From contig JBPCOI010000078.1 in assembly GCA_051000395.1 (NCBI GenBank), forward strand, positions 15,780 through 79,779: a stretch of DNA of 64,000 nt. The letters run 5' to 3'. The translations under genes were made by a program, and so were the position numbers. Within the stretch, counting starts at the first letter, position 1. The number at the start of each line of letters is the position of its first letter. This DNA comes from Jatrophihabitantaceae bacterium. Its GTDB lineage: Bacteria; Actinomycetota; Actinomycetes; Mycobacteriales; Jatrophihabitantaceae. This document shows, piece after piece, positions 27,730-36,134 of the stretch. The notes beneath the pieces are model-generated. The model made no database searches. It saw nothing but the letters and a program-made list of their open reading frames with translations, and was not told the origin of the DNA.

Positions 27730-30009
27730 ATGCCGACCGCGCCCACGTCGCCGTCGAATCGGCCCGACCCGGATGCGGACGAGACCAGGCTGCTGCACCG
27801 CAGGGCATTCCTCGCCGCTGCCGGACTGGCCGCCGGCGGGGTCGCGGCGGCGTTCGCCATCAACGCCGAGTCGCAGGGGTCGGACCCGGAAGACTCCGGG
27901 GACCGCGCGGAGGGGCAGCCGGACCCGGGGCCGCTCGGGTCGCCCGCGTCGCAGGGCAGGCCGGCCGAGCTGACGCCGGGCGCCGATGCCGGACTGCGGC
28001 CGATCAACGCGCAGCAGGAGTTCCTGCGGTTGTTCAGCGGCGGTGACGGGATCGTCTACGGGGTTCGCGCCGATGGTGCCCTGCTGTGGTTTCGGCACGT
28101 CGACTGGCGCACCGGCGGCCCGTCGTGGGCCAACGGCGGAAACGGACGGGTGATCGGGAGCGGCTTCCAGCATCACCGCTGGGTCGGCGCGAGCGCCACC
28201 GGGGAGATCTACACTCTCGACGGGCACGGCACGCTCTCGTCGATGCGCTACGTGCTCGCCGATTTCGCCACCGGAGCGGGCAGCTGGGCCGACAAGGCAC
28301 GGCCAGCGGTGCTCGCGACCGGATGGCAACGATTTCCCCGCGTTTTCGGGGGCGTGGACTCGGTGCTGTGGGCCGTCGACACCGGCGGGGACCTGTACCG
28401 AGCGCCGGTGGTCTCGGGCCGGGCCGACGCGGCGTCGGTCGGCACGGGCTACGACGCGATGGCCTATCTCATGGCCGACGCGGGCGGGCAGCTCTACGGC
28501 GTCCGGGAGAACGCCCTGACCTGGCAGCGCTATCAGGGCACCGTGCTGAAGGCGTCCGACGCGCGGGTGCTGACCAAGTCGATCTGGTCCCAGCTGCTGA
28601 ACATCGAGCTGTTCACCGGCGGCGACGGCGTCCTCTATCTGATCATCCCGGACAGCCGGCACCTCCCGCCGAAGGACAACGAACTGACGTGGGTCAAGCT
28701 GACGCAACCGGCATCGCAGCCCAACACCCGTCCGGTGAAGCTCAAGCAGTCCCGCACCGCCGTCGGGCTGACGGTCGAGCGGCAGGCCGCGTTACAGGGT
28801 TACGCCAGCACCCCCAGCGTTGCGCCCGGCCAGCTCGCCCGCTTCGCGATCTCCTCGACGGTGGGACGGGTGCAGGTCTCGGTCGTGCGCTGCGACGCCC
28901 CACAGGGGCTGGCCACCGTCGGGCCGCCGGCGAGCGTGTCAACCCAGTTCCAGCCGCTGCCGGCGGACTTCCGCAACACCGGCTGCGGCTGGTCGGACGA
29001 CGTCCACGTCCCGATACCGGCGTCCTGGCCCAGCGGCGTATACGCGCTGCAGGCCGAGTCATCGGCCGGGCTGCGCTGCCACCTGCCCTTCCTCGTCCGT
29101 AATCCGAAAGCCGACGCGCCCCTCGCCGTGATCTTGCCGACGAACACCTACGACGCGTACAACGCGTGGGGCGGGCACAACGCCTACACCTACACTCCCG
29201 GCGGCGTGCGGCACCTGTCCCGGATGCGCCCAGCAGACAACCTCGCCGTGGAACCCGAGGGCCGCTACCGCGCCGAGTTGTACAGCGACCTGCTGCTGCT
29301 TCGGTGGATGGCGCGGCGGCTGCTGAGCTACGACGTGTATGCCGACGCGGACCTCGACGCGCAACCCGGGGTGCTGCACTCGTACCGCGGAGTGGTGCTG
29401 GGCAGCCACCACGAGTACTGGACCGACACGGCTCGCGAGGCGCTGGCGAGCTACCAGAAGAATGGCGGACGGATCGTCAACACCGGCGGGAACGCCCTCT
29501 ACGAACGCGTCTACTACGAGGACTCGCGACGGACGATCCGCTTCCGCAGCCGCCACGGCAAGCGTGACTACTTCGTCAGGCTCGGGCGCCCGCAGTCCGA
29601 TCTGATCGGCGTCAACTACGACGGTTGCGACATCTACACCACCGCCCCGTACCAGGTCGTCTCCGATCATCCGCTACTTGCCGGCACCGGCCTCAAGCCC
29701 ACGGATCAGTTCGGGACGCGCGGCTCCAACGGCGCCGCGAGCGGCTGGGAGACCGACCGGATCACTGGCAGGAGGCACAGCGAGGCCGCCGGCTCGCAGG
29801 TCATTGCGGTCGGCACGAACACCGGCCACCGGGGCAGGAAGAACCGCGGTGCGGCAATGATCATGGCGCCGCGCCCGAACGGTGGGTTCGTGTTCTCCGC
29901 GTCATCGATCACCTTCAACGGCTCGCTGCACACCGACAGCGCGACATCGCGGATCCTGGAGAACGTCTTTCACGCAGTGCTGGGCACGCAGGTCGGCGCT
30001 CAGGCCTAA
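27730..30009 (+). CDS. Tat-secreted protein: tachylectin-like propeller + N,N-dimethylformamidase large-subunit-like C-terminal domain
   Basis: ATG 27730 after GGAGGTG. Twin-arginine signal HRRAFLAAAGLAAGGVAAAFA. Repeated blade-like strings (GALLWFRH, GEIYTLD, LWAVDTGGDLYRA, GQLYGVREN, GVLYLI). C-terminal AVILPTNTYDAYNAWGGHNAY and VVLGSHHEYWT motifs. Confidence 0.72.
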   Translation: MPTAPTSPSNRPDPDADETRLLHRRAFLAAAGLAAGGVAAAFAINAESQGSDPEDSGDRAEGQPDPGPLGSPASQGRPAELTPGADAGLRPINAQQEFLRLFSGGDGIVYGVRADGALLWFRHVDWRTGGPSWANGGNGRVIGSGFQHHRWVGASATGEIYTLDGHGTLSSMRYVLADFATGAGSWADKARPAVLATGWQRFPRVFGGVDSVLWAVDTGGDLYRAPVVSGRADAASVGTGYDAMAYLMADAGGQLYGVRENALTWQRYQGTVLKASDARVLTKSIWSQLLNIELFTGGDGVLYLIIPDSRHLPPKDNELTWVKLTQPASQPNTRPVKLKQSRTAVGLTVERQAALQGYASTPSVAPGQLARFAISSTVGRVQVSVVRCDAPQGLATVGPPASVSTQFQPLPADFRNTGCGWSDDVHVPIPASWPSGVYALQAESSAGLRCHLPFLVRNPKADAPLAVILPTNTYDAYNAWGGHNAYTYTPGGVRHLSRMRPADNLAVEPEGRYRAELYSDLLLLRWMARRLLSYDVYADADLDAQPGVLHSYRGVVLGSHHEYWTDTAREALASYQKNGGRIVNTGGNALYERVYYEDSRRTIRFRSRHGKRDYFVRLGRPQSDLIGVNYDGCDIYTTAPYQVVSDHPLLAGTGLKPTDQFGTRGSNGAASGWETDRITGRRHSEAAGSQVIAVGTNTGHRGRKNRGAAMIMAPRPNGGFVFSASSITFNGSLHTDSATSRILENVFHAVLGTQVGAQA

Positions 30010-30055
30010 GCCAGTCTTAAGTCTGGCCTGAGCGCGGCAAGAGCCCGGCGCCCTG

Positions 30056-31159
30056 TCAGGCGCCGACGAGTTCGGGATAGGTGTCCGGACGCTGCGGATC
30101 GAGGAGCTCGTGGGCCCAGAACAGCGTCAGCAACTCGTCCGCGCCGGTGTTGGTGATGCGGTGGGCCCACATGGTCGGCATGTCCACGATCGCCGGGCGC
30201 TCGCCGGAGACCTGGAACCGGACGATCTCGTCGTCGAACAGGCGCCGCAGCGCGATCTCGGCCGTCCCGCTCAGGACGAGGAATCGCTCCACCTTGCGCA
30301 GGTGGAAGTGCTCGCCGCGGGTGATGCCGGGATGGCTGGTCGAGCAGAACACCTGGGCCTGGCCGCCGTGCGCGCGCACGCACTCGAACAGGTGCCCGCG
30401 GTTGTCCGCGCGCAGCGGCGGGTGGATCGGGTACAGCTGCGGGAAGCAGAAGGAGCGGTAGGTGTTGAACAGCGCGAGGTGCAGCGGATCGGTGAGGTCT
30501 GGGATGTCGCCGGTGGCGTAGCGGTCGCGGAACCCGCCGAGCAGCTCCAGCACCGCGGAGACCGCCATCGGGCGGGCGGCCGGACGCACCTCGCCGACGA
30601 CCGGGTCCCGCGCCACCGCCAGCAGCCCGTCGACCGCGTCCTGCACGTGCAGCAGCGGCAGCTCGCGGTCCTGTTGGATCTCCGGGCGCCCTCCGGCGGC
30701 CAGCTCGTGGCAGAAGGTGGCGACGACGGAGTTGTAGTGCGCCCGGCCGTGTTCGCCGAACAGGTTCGGCAACCGCACGTCGGCGACAGCGGCACCCGAG
30801 CGCTCGCCCCAGGCGGCAAGGTGATCGGCCGCGGCCTGCTTGCCGTCGCCGAACGGCGTCGCGTTTCCGGACTGGACGGAGTTCGCGTAGACGATCGTCG
30901 GGCACGCGCCGGCCCGGTCGAGCGCGGCGGTGAGGTCGGTGGCCAGTTCCAGGTTCTGCTGCCGCAGGACGCCAGGCTCGGCGCGGTTGACCCCGGCGAG
31001 GTGTAGCACGGCGTCGACGTCGCGCACCGCGGCGGTGAGCGCGTCCGGGTCGCCCGCGGTGGCGCGGTCGATCGGCACGAACTGCTCGCCTCGAGCCGCG
31101 AGCGCGCACCGCGTGTGCCAGCCCAGGAAGCCGGCCGTGCCGGTGAGCGCGACCTTCAT
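30056..31159 (-). CDS. fnlB: UDP-2-acetamido-2,6-dideoxy-L-hexul-4-ose reductase (CapF/FnlB/WbjC; SDR + cupin)
   Basis: Co-linear with S. aureus CapF as recalled: HLAGVNR, LPNLFGEHGRAHYNSVVATFCHELA, cupin PGITRGEHFHLRKVERFLVLSG, ELLDPQRPDTYPE. ATGA overlap with fnlA. Confidence 0.88.
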   Translation of the reverse strand: MKVALTGTAGFLGWHTRCALAARGEQFVPIDRATAGDPDALTAAVRDVDAVLHLAGVNRAEPGVLRQQNLELATDLTAALDRAGACPTIVYANSVQSGNATPFGDGKQAAADHLAAWGERSGAAVADVRLPNLFGEHGRAHYNSVVATFCHELAAGGRPEIQQDRELPLLHVQDAVDGLLAVARDPVVGEVRPAARPMAVSAVLELLGGFRDRYATGDIPDLTDPLHLALFNTYRSFCFPQLYPIHPPLRADNRGHLFECVRAHGGQAQVFCSTSHPGITRGEHFHLRKVERFLVLSGTAEIALRRLFDDEIVRFQVSGERPAIVDMPTMWAHRITNTGADELLTLFWAHELLDPQRPDTYPELVGA

Positions 31160-32175
31160 CCGGACCCCGCCCGCGCCAGCTCGGGCAGTCGCCGCAGCAG
31201 TTCCGCGACGCCGTCCACGTCCAGGCGCTGCGTGTTGTGTGAGTTGTAGTCGTCGAACTCGACACGTTCGCGGTCGCCTTCCTCGACGTAGAGCCCGTAG
31301 TCGAGGGACCGGTCGTCCAGCGGCACGCGGTAGTAGTCACCGCGGTCCTGCGCCTTGGCCATCTCCTCGCGGCTGAGCAGCGTCTCGTACAGCTTCTCGC
31401 CGTGGCGCGCGCCGATGACCCGCAGGTCCGGCTCGGCGCCGAACAGGGTTGCCACGGCGACCGCCAGGTCATGCACGGTCGAGGCCGGCGCCTTTCGTAC
31501 GTAGAGGTCACCCGGCGCGGCGTTCAGGAACGCGTACTCCACCAGGTCGACGGATTCGGCCAGCGACATGAGGAAGCGCGTCATGCTGGGTTCGGTCAGC
31601 GTCAGCGGGCGCCTCTCGCGCAGCTGCTCGACGAACAGCGGGATCACCGAGCCGCGCGAGTACATGACGTTGCCGTAGCGCACCACCGACACGACCGTTG
31701 CCGAGGCCGGGTTGTTGCGTGCGAAGGCGTGCGCCGTCTTCTCCATCAGCGCCTTCGTCATGCCCATCGCGTTGATCGGGTAGACCGCCTTGTCGGTGCT
31801 CAGGCACACCACCGAACGGGCCCCCGCCGCAGCCGCCGACGCGATGGTGTTCGCGCTGCCGTGGACGTTGGTGAGAATGGCCTGGTTGGGGAAGAACTCG
31901 CAGGAAGGCACCTGCTTGAGCGCCGCGGCGTGAAAGACATGGTCGACGCCGCGCATCGCGTCGTCGATGCTGCCCCGGTCGCGGACATCGCCCAGGTAGA
32001 AGCGTGCCCGAGCGTCGCCGAGGGCCCGGCGCAGATCGTCCTGCTTCGCCTCGTCGCGGCTCAGGATGCGTACCTCTCCGACGTCCCCGGAGAGCAGCTT
32101 GCGGACCATCGTCGAGCCGAAGGAGCCCGTCCCGCCGGTGATGAGTACAGTTCGCCCCGAGACGCTCTCCGACAT
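31156..32175 (-). CDS. fnlA: UDP-GlcNAc 4,6-dehydratase/5-epimerase (CapE/FnlA/WbjB)
   Basis: ATG 32175 with GGAGGAG RBS. VLITGGTGSFGSTMVRKLL, HAAALKQVPSCEFFP, LSTDKAVYPINAMGMTKALMEK. Confidence 0.92.
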   Translation of the reverse strand: MSESVSGRTVLITGGTGSFGSTMVRKLLSGDVGEVRILSRDEAKQDDLRRALGDARARFYLGDVRDRGSIDDAMRGVDHVFHAAALKQVPSCEFFPNQAILTNVHGSANTIASAAAAGARSVVCLSTDKAVYPINAMGMTKALMEKTAHAFARNNPASATVVSVVRYGNVMYSRGSVIPLFVEQLRERRPLTLTEPSMTRFLMSLAESVDLVEYAFLNAAPGDLYVRKAPASTVHDLAVAVATLFGAEPDLRVIGARHGEKLYETLLSREEMAKAQDRGDYYRVPLDDRSLDYGLYVEEGDRERVEFDDYNSHNTQRLDVDGVAELLRRLPELARAGSG

Positions 32176-32370
32176 GGTGCGCGGTACTCCTCCGGGACGG
32201 TCTGCGCTGAGCAGGGGCAGCGGCAGGGATTGCGAATCCACGAACCGTAGCCGATCCTTACCGCGAGGTGTGCCGCACAGGCGTTCGGCGCTTGACGTCA
32301 TTTGGCCGACCCCGCTCTGGACGGGCGCGATATCCTTCCGGCAGTTTTGTCATCCGACGAGAGGCAAGTC

Positions 32371-35184
32371 GTGGACCTGCGTGACTACTTGCGTGTCCTG
32401 CGCAAGGGCTGGCCGCTGATCCTGGCGTTCGTGGTGCTCGGGTCGGCAGCGGGTATCGGGCTCACCGTCACCACGTCGAAGGTCTACCAGGGGACGGCGC
32501 AGGTCTTCGTCTCGGCCACCCCAAACGACAGCGTCGCCGCGCTGGCACAGGGCAACAGCTTCACCCAGGACCGGGTGCAGTCCTACGTCGACCTCGCGAA
32601 CAGCCCCGCCGTCACCGCGGCGGTCGTCAAGGAGCTCGGGCTGAGCATGAGCCAGCAGACGCTGGCCAGCAAGATCACAGCGGACGCACCGCAGAACAAG
32701 GTGCTCATCAACCTGCACGTCACCGACCACGACCCTAATCAGGCGGCCCGGCTGACCAACGCGGTCGCGGCGCAGTTTGACACGTTCGTCGAGAACACCG
32801 AGCAGACCGACGCGACGGGCAAGCCGGTCATCAAGTTGACCCTCGTGCATCCGGCCACGGTGCCGAGTTCGCCGATCAAGCCCAGCAAGATCATCAATAT
32901 CGGGCTCGGTTTCGTGCTGGGCCTGCTGCTCGGGATCGGTTTCGTCTTCCTGCGCGACGTGCTCGACAACACCGTCAAGGGACCGCAGGACTTCGACGAA
33001 CTCGGCATCCCAGTGCTCGGCCTCGTGCCGTTCGACAAGCGCACCCCGAAGATCCCGATCGCCTTCCGCGGCGACCCGCACAGCGCGCGGTCGGAGGCAT
33101 ACCGGCAGATGCGCACCAACATGCAGTTCATCAACGTAGACCACGCGCCGCGCGTCATCGCCGTTACCAGCGCCGTGCCCGGCGAGGGCAAGACGACGAC
33201 CGCGCTCAACCTCGCCGCCGCGCTGGCCGAGGGCGGATTCCGTGTCTGCCTGGTCGAGGCGGACCTGCGCCGGCCGACGCTGGCCAAGACGCTCGGCCTC
33301 GTCGGCGACGTCGGCTTCACCACGGTGCTCATCGGCAAGGCCCGCGTCGAGGACGTGCTGCAGAACGCCGGGCGCAACCTGGCCGTGCTCACCTGCGGAC
33401 CGGTGCCGCCCAACCCCAGCGAGCTGCTCATCACCGAGCAGGCCAGCACGATCATCCGGCGCATCGCCGAGAAGGTCGACTTCACGATCATCGACACCGC
33501 GCCGCTGCTGCCCGTCGCCGACGGCGCGGAGGTGGCCGCGATGGCCGACGCCACCCTGGTTGTGCATCACGCCGGCAAGTCGACCAAGGACCAGGCTGCC
33601 CGCTCGATCGAACGGCTGGCCCAGGTAGGAGAGCGCCCGGTAGGCGTCATCCTGAACATGATCACTCGCGCGCGGGGCAACTACGACTACAGCTACGGCT
33701 ACTACTACGCCTACCGCCCCGACCGCAGTGGCGCGAAGCGCCGCAAGGACGCCGGGGAGGCGCAGCAGCTGCCGTCCTACGACAACGACCTGCCCGCCAC
33801 CGAGCCCGGCGCACCCGAGACCGGCGCACCCGAGACCGTGCCGGCAGTCGTGGCCGCGGCAGCGTTGCCGGCCGGTCAACCCGATGCGCTACCACCCACC
33901 GCGTCGTCGTCCACCGATTCGCTTTCCGGCGATTCGTTGTCCACCGGGCGCATCGACTCGCGCTCGGACGACGCGGTGTCGCGTTCGGGGGGATCGCGGC
34001 GCCGGCACCTGCGCAAGTCAGACAGCGAGCGGCGAGCGCCGAAACAGCGCCGAGGCGCCCGCGAGGCGGCGCCGAACGAGGGCCCCGTTGCCGAGCCCGC
34101 TGGTGCCGAGCCAGCCGTTCTCGATGCCGCCATCGCCGAACCTCCCGTTGCCGAACCTCCCGTTGCCGAGCCCGCCGTTGCCGAGGCCGGCATCGCCGAA
34201 CCTCCCGTCGCCGAGCGGGCCGTTGCCGAACCTCCCGTCGCCGAGCCGGCCGTTGCCGAACCTGCTGGTGCCGAACCTGCTGGTGCCGAACCTCCCGTTG
34301 CCGAGCCGGCCGTTGCCGAACCTCCCGTCGCTGAGCCGGCTGGTGCCGAACCCGCCGTTGCCGACTCGCTCGCTTCCGAACCGGCAGCCGAGACACCTGC
34401 GCCCGAGGCTCAGCCGCAGGACGCGCAGATTCCGCTCGCCCCCTACCAGCCGGCGCACCCGGAGCATTCGGGCCTGTCCAACGGACAGCTCGCGCACGCG
34501 CCAGTCGACCGGCACAGCGCCTCCGCGTCGACCAGGGCGATCTGGCTAGGCGTCCCGGACGCCGAGCCGCCGGAGCACGTCTCGCCGGAGGCGCAGACCC
34601 TCGAGGTGCCCGCCGTGGGCACCGGGTCTCCTGAGACGACCGCGCAGCCGTCCCAGGAGGACGCGGTCACCGAGCCTGCGCCAGCAGAGAGCGCAGTGCC
34701 GGAGCCGACCTCGGCGGAGCAGGCCGACGAGCTCGCGCCGCACGGTCTGGATGCGCTCTGGACGACGTCGAGCACGCTGCCGGCCGTGGACTCCGCCTCG
34801 GCGCACTCGGCTCGTTCCCACCGCCGGCGGGGCCTGTTCGCTGCCAAGCGCAAGGAGCAATCCCGTGGTGAGCAGGCACCGGCCCTGCCGGACCTGCGGA
34901 CCGAGGAATTCCTTCGGGGCACCGCCGGGCCGCATCACGGGCTGCCCTCGACCGCGTCCGATACGACAGACGCCAACGCGGGCGAACCGGACGCCGCGCA
35001 CGCCGCCGTCGAGCCTGTCGACGCGGAGCCGGTGGCGCAGCCCATATACGCGCCGGCCCACTTCGTCCCGCCGGGCGCGGCCCTCTCCGCCGAGCGGCCG
35101 AGCGAGGATGACGAGCATCCCGAGTTCGGTACGCCGGTGCCGGAGCAGCGCCTTCCGATCTGGACGGGCGAGCCGCAGGGCTGA
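32371..35184 (+). CDS. Wzc-type polysaccharide co-polymerase / BY-tyrosine kinase with long repeat-bearing C-terminal tail
   Basis: GTG 32371 after GAGAGG (TTG 32302 is the alternative). Wzz-like TM-loop-TM. Walker A VTSAVPGEGKTTTALNLA. Tyr cluster NYDYSYGYYYAY (33682-33714), then a ~490-aa Pro/Ala/Glu-rich tail. Confidence 0.88.
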   Translation: MDLRDYLRVLRKGWPLILAFVVLGSAAGIGLTVTTSKVYQGTAQVFVSATPNDSVAALAQGNSFTQDRVQSYVDLANSPAVTAAVVKELGLSMSQQTLASKITADAPQNKVLINLHVTDHDPNQAARLTNAVAAQFDTFVENTEQTDATGKPVIKLTLVHPATVPSSPIKPSKIINIGLGFVLGLLLGIGFVFLRDVLDNTVKGPQDFDELGIPVLGLVPFDKRTPKIPIAFRGDPHSARSEAYRQMRTNMQFINVDHAPRVIAVTSAVPGEGKTTTALNLAAALAEGGFRVCLVEADLRRPTLAKTLGLVGDVGFTTVLIGKARVEDVLQNAGRNLAVLTCGPVPPNPSELLITEQASTIIRRIAEKVDFTIIDTAPLLPVADGAEVAAMADATLVVHHAGKSTKDQAARSIERLAQVGERPVGVILNMITRARGNYDYSYGYYYAYRPDRSGAKRRKDAGEAQQLPSYDNDLPATEPGAPETGAPETVPAVVAAAALPAGQPDALPPTASSSTDSLSGDSLSTGRIDSRSDDAVSRSGGSRRRHLRKSDSERRAPKQRRGAREAAPNEGPVAEPAGAEPAVLDAAIAEPPVAEPPVAEPAVAEAGIAEPPVAERAVAEPPVAEPAVAEPAGAEPAGAEPPVAEPAVAEPPVAEPAGAEPAVADSLASEPAAETPAPEAQPQDAQIPLAPYQPAHPEHSGLSNGQLAHAPVDRHSASASTRAIWLGVPDAEPPEHVSPEAQTLEVPAVGTGSPETTAQPSQEDAVTEPAPAESAVPEPTSAEQADELAPHGLDALWTTSSTLPAVDSASAHSARSHRRRGLFAAKRKEQSRGEQAPALPDLRTEEFLRGTAGPHHGLPSTASDTTDANAGEPDAAHAAVEPVDAEPVAQPIYAPAHFVPPGAALSAERPSEDDEHPEFGTPVPEQRLPIWTGEPQG
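34084..34383 (+). repeat. ~20 tandem 15-nt units (cct ccc gtt gcc gaa and variants) encoding [PA]-[VG]-A-E-P pentapeptides
   Basis: Read directly: PVAEP AGAEP ... PVAEP PVAEP AVAEA GIAEP PVAER AVAEP PVAEP AVAEP AGAEP AGAEP PVAEP AVAEP PVAEP AGAEP. In frame within the kinase tail. Confidence 0.9.
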
Positions 35185-35205
35185 GCGTGCTGGTGCTGGC
35201 GATCG

Positions 35206-35361
35206 TCAGAAGACGATGATCGCGAGCACGACAGCGATGAAGATCAGTGCGACCCCGGCAGAGATCATGTTCAGGGCCATCGTCCCGTTGGGGGTATGGC
35301 GCGACCAGCGCTTGAGCCGACGGTAGGGGCGGCCAAGACGGGACCGACGCGGATTGCTCAC
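35206..35361 (-). CDS. Possible 51-aa tail-anchored small membrane protein
   Basis: GTG 35361. Basic N-half (SNPRRSRLGRPYRRLKRWSRH) then one TM (MISAGVALIFIAVVLAIIVF) ending at the stop. It fills the gap between the kinase and the PTP genes. No homology recognised. Confidence 0.3.
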   Translation of the reverse strand: MSNPRRSRLGRPYRRLKRWSRHTPNGTMALNMISAGVALIFIAVVLAIIVF

Positions 35362-35428
35362 AGCGTGGATCCTGTCATGGACCCGGCACCGAAGCAGCCC
35401 ATCAGCCCTGCGGCGCGCGCGGAACTGC

Positions 35429-36064
35429 TCACCGCTCGGCCGGCAGGCCGACACCCAGCGTCGCGATGACGGCGTCGAGCGCCTGCGCGATCTCGGCGGC
35501 GCAATCGCGCGCAACCTGCAGGGGAGCGCCGAACGGGTCCCCGATCTCGTCCGCGCCGGGCTCGGGCGCGTCGGCCCGGCCGCGCTGGTCGGCCACCGCC
35601 GCGACCCGCTGCCGCAGGCTCGTCGTGGTCGGCGGCGGGGGCGGCGGGGGCGGCCAGGCGAAGTGCTGCGCAGCCGGTGTCGGGGGTGCCAACGTGGCGC
35701 CCAGGCGGCCGAACTCGCGGATCGTGAACGCCCGCCGGAACACGGCCGGTTGGTCCTGCACGATCGCCGAGCGGTGCGCGGTCTCGGCGCTCAGGATCAG
35801 ATCCGCGTCCGCAACCATCGCCGAGCTCAGCATCCGTCCCACGTGCTCGGCACCGTCGCCGCCCAGTTCCCGCAGGGCTTGCTCGCACGCGGCATCCATC
35901 GGGTAGCCGATGAGCGCCATCGTCCCGGCACTCGAGATGATCATCGGCGCCTCAGCCGGGACCCGCGCCCGGAACAGGCGCTCGGCGATCGGCGAGCGGC
36001 AGATGTTGCCGGTGCAGACGAACAGCACCGAGAAGCTCACGCGGCGACTATGCCAGACGCGCAT
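35429..36064 (-). CDS. Low-molecular-weight protein-tyrosine phosphatase
   Basis: P-loop VLFVCTGNICRSP and DP acid loop IGDPFG. Contains an insertion with eight consecutive Pro. Confidence 0.88.
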   Translation of the reverse strand: MRVWHSRRVSFSVLFVCTGNICRSPIAERLFRARVPAEAPMIISSAGTMALIGYPMDAACEQALRELGGDGAEHVGRMLSSAMVADADLILSAETAHRSAIVQDQPAVFRRAFTIREFGRLGATLAPPTPAAQHFAWPPPPPPPPTTTSLRQRVAAVADQRGRADAPEPGADEIGDPFGAPLQVARDCAAEIAQALDAVIATLGVGLPAER

Positions 36065-36122
36065 CCCGAGCTCCTCGCAGCAGACGCTGCGTGCGGGGCA
36101 GACGCTGGGCGCACGCGCCCCA

Positions 36123-36128
36123 TAGGAT
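36123..36128 (+). promoter_or_regulatory. -10 hexamer TAGGAT, 6 nt before GTG 36135 (leaderless-type promoter)
   Basis: TAGGAT-gtggca-GTG. The track start GTG 36129 abuts the hexamer, so GTG 36135 is favoured. Confidence 0.35.
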
Positions 36129-36134
36129 GTGGCA

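Noticed and set aside
30001-30057. Short inverted repeats (CAGGCC...GGCCTG; GGCGCC-ctgtca-GGCGCC) between the convergent tachylectin-like and fnlB genes as a bidirectional terminator
   Set aside because: The stems are only 6 bp, one overlaps the fnlB stop codon, and there is no U/A tract. This is too weak to call.
32350-33879. 509-aa minus-strand ORF opposite the Wzc-like gene
   Set aside because: Shadow ORF. The plus strand has Walker motifs and the Tyr cluster.
34084-34383. Tandem 15-nt repeats considered as a possible CRISPR-like or minisatellite array
   Set aside because: The units are contiguous with no spacers, only 15 nt long, and in frame within a coding region. They form a coding pentapeptide repeat, not CRISPR.
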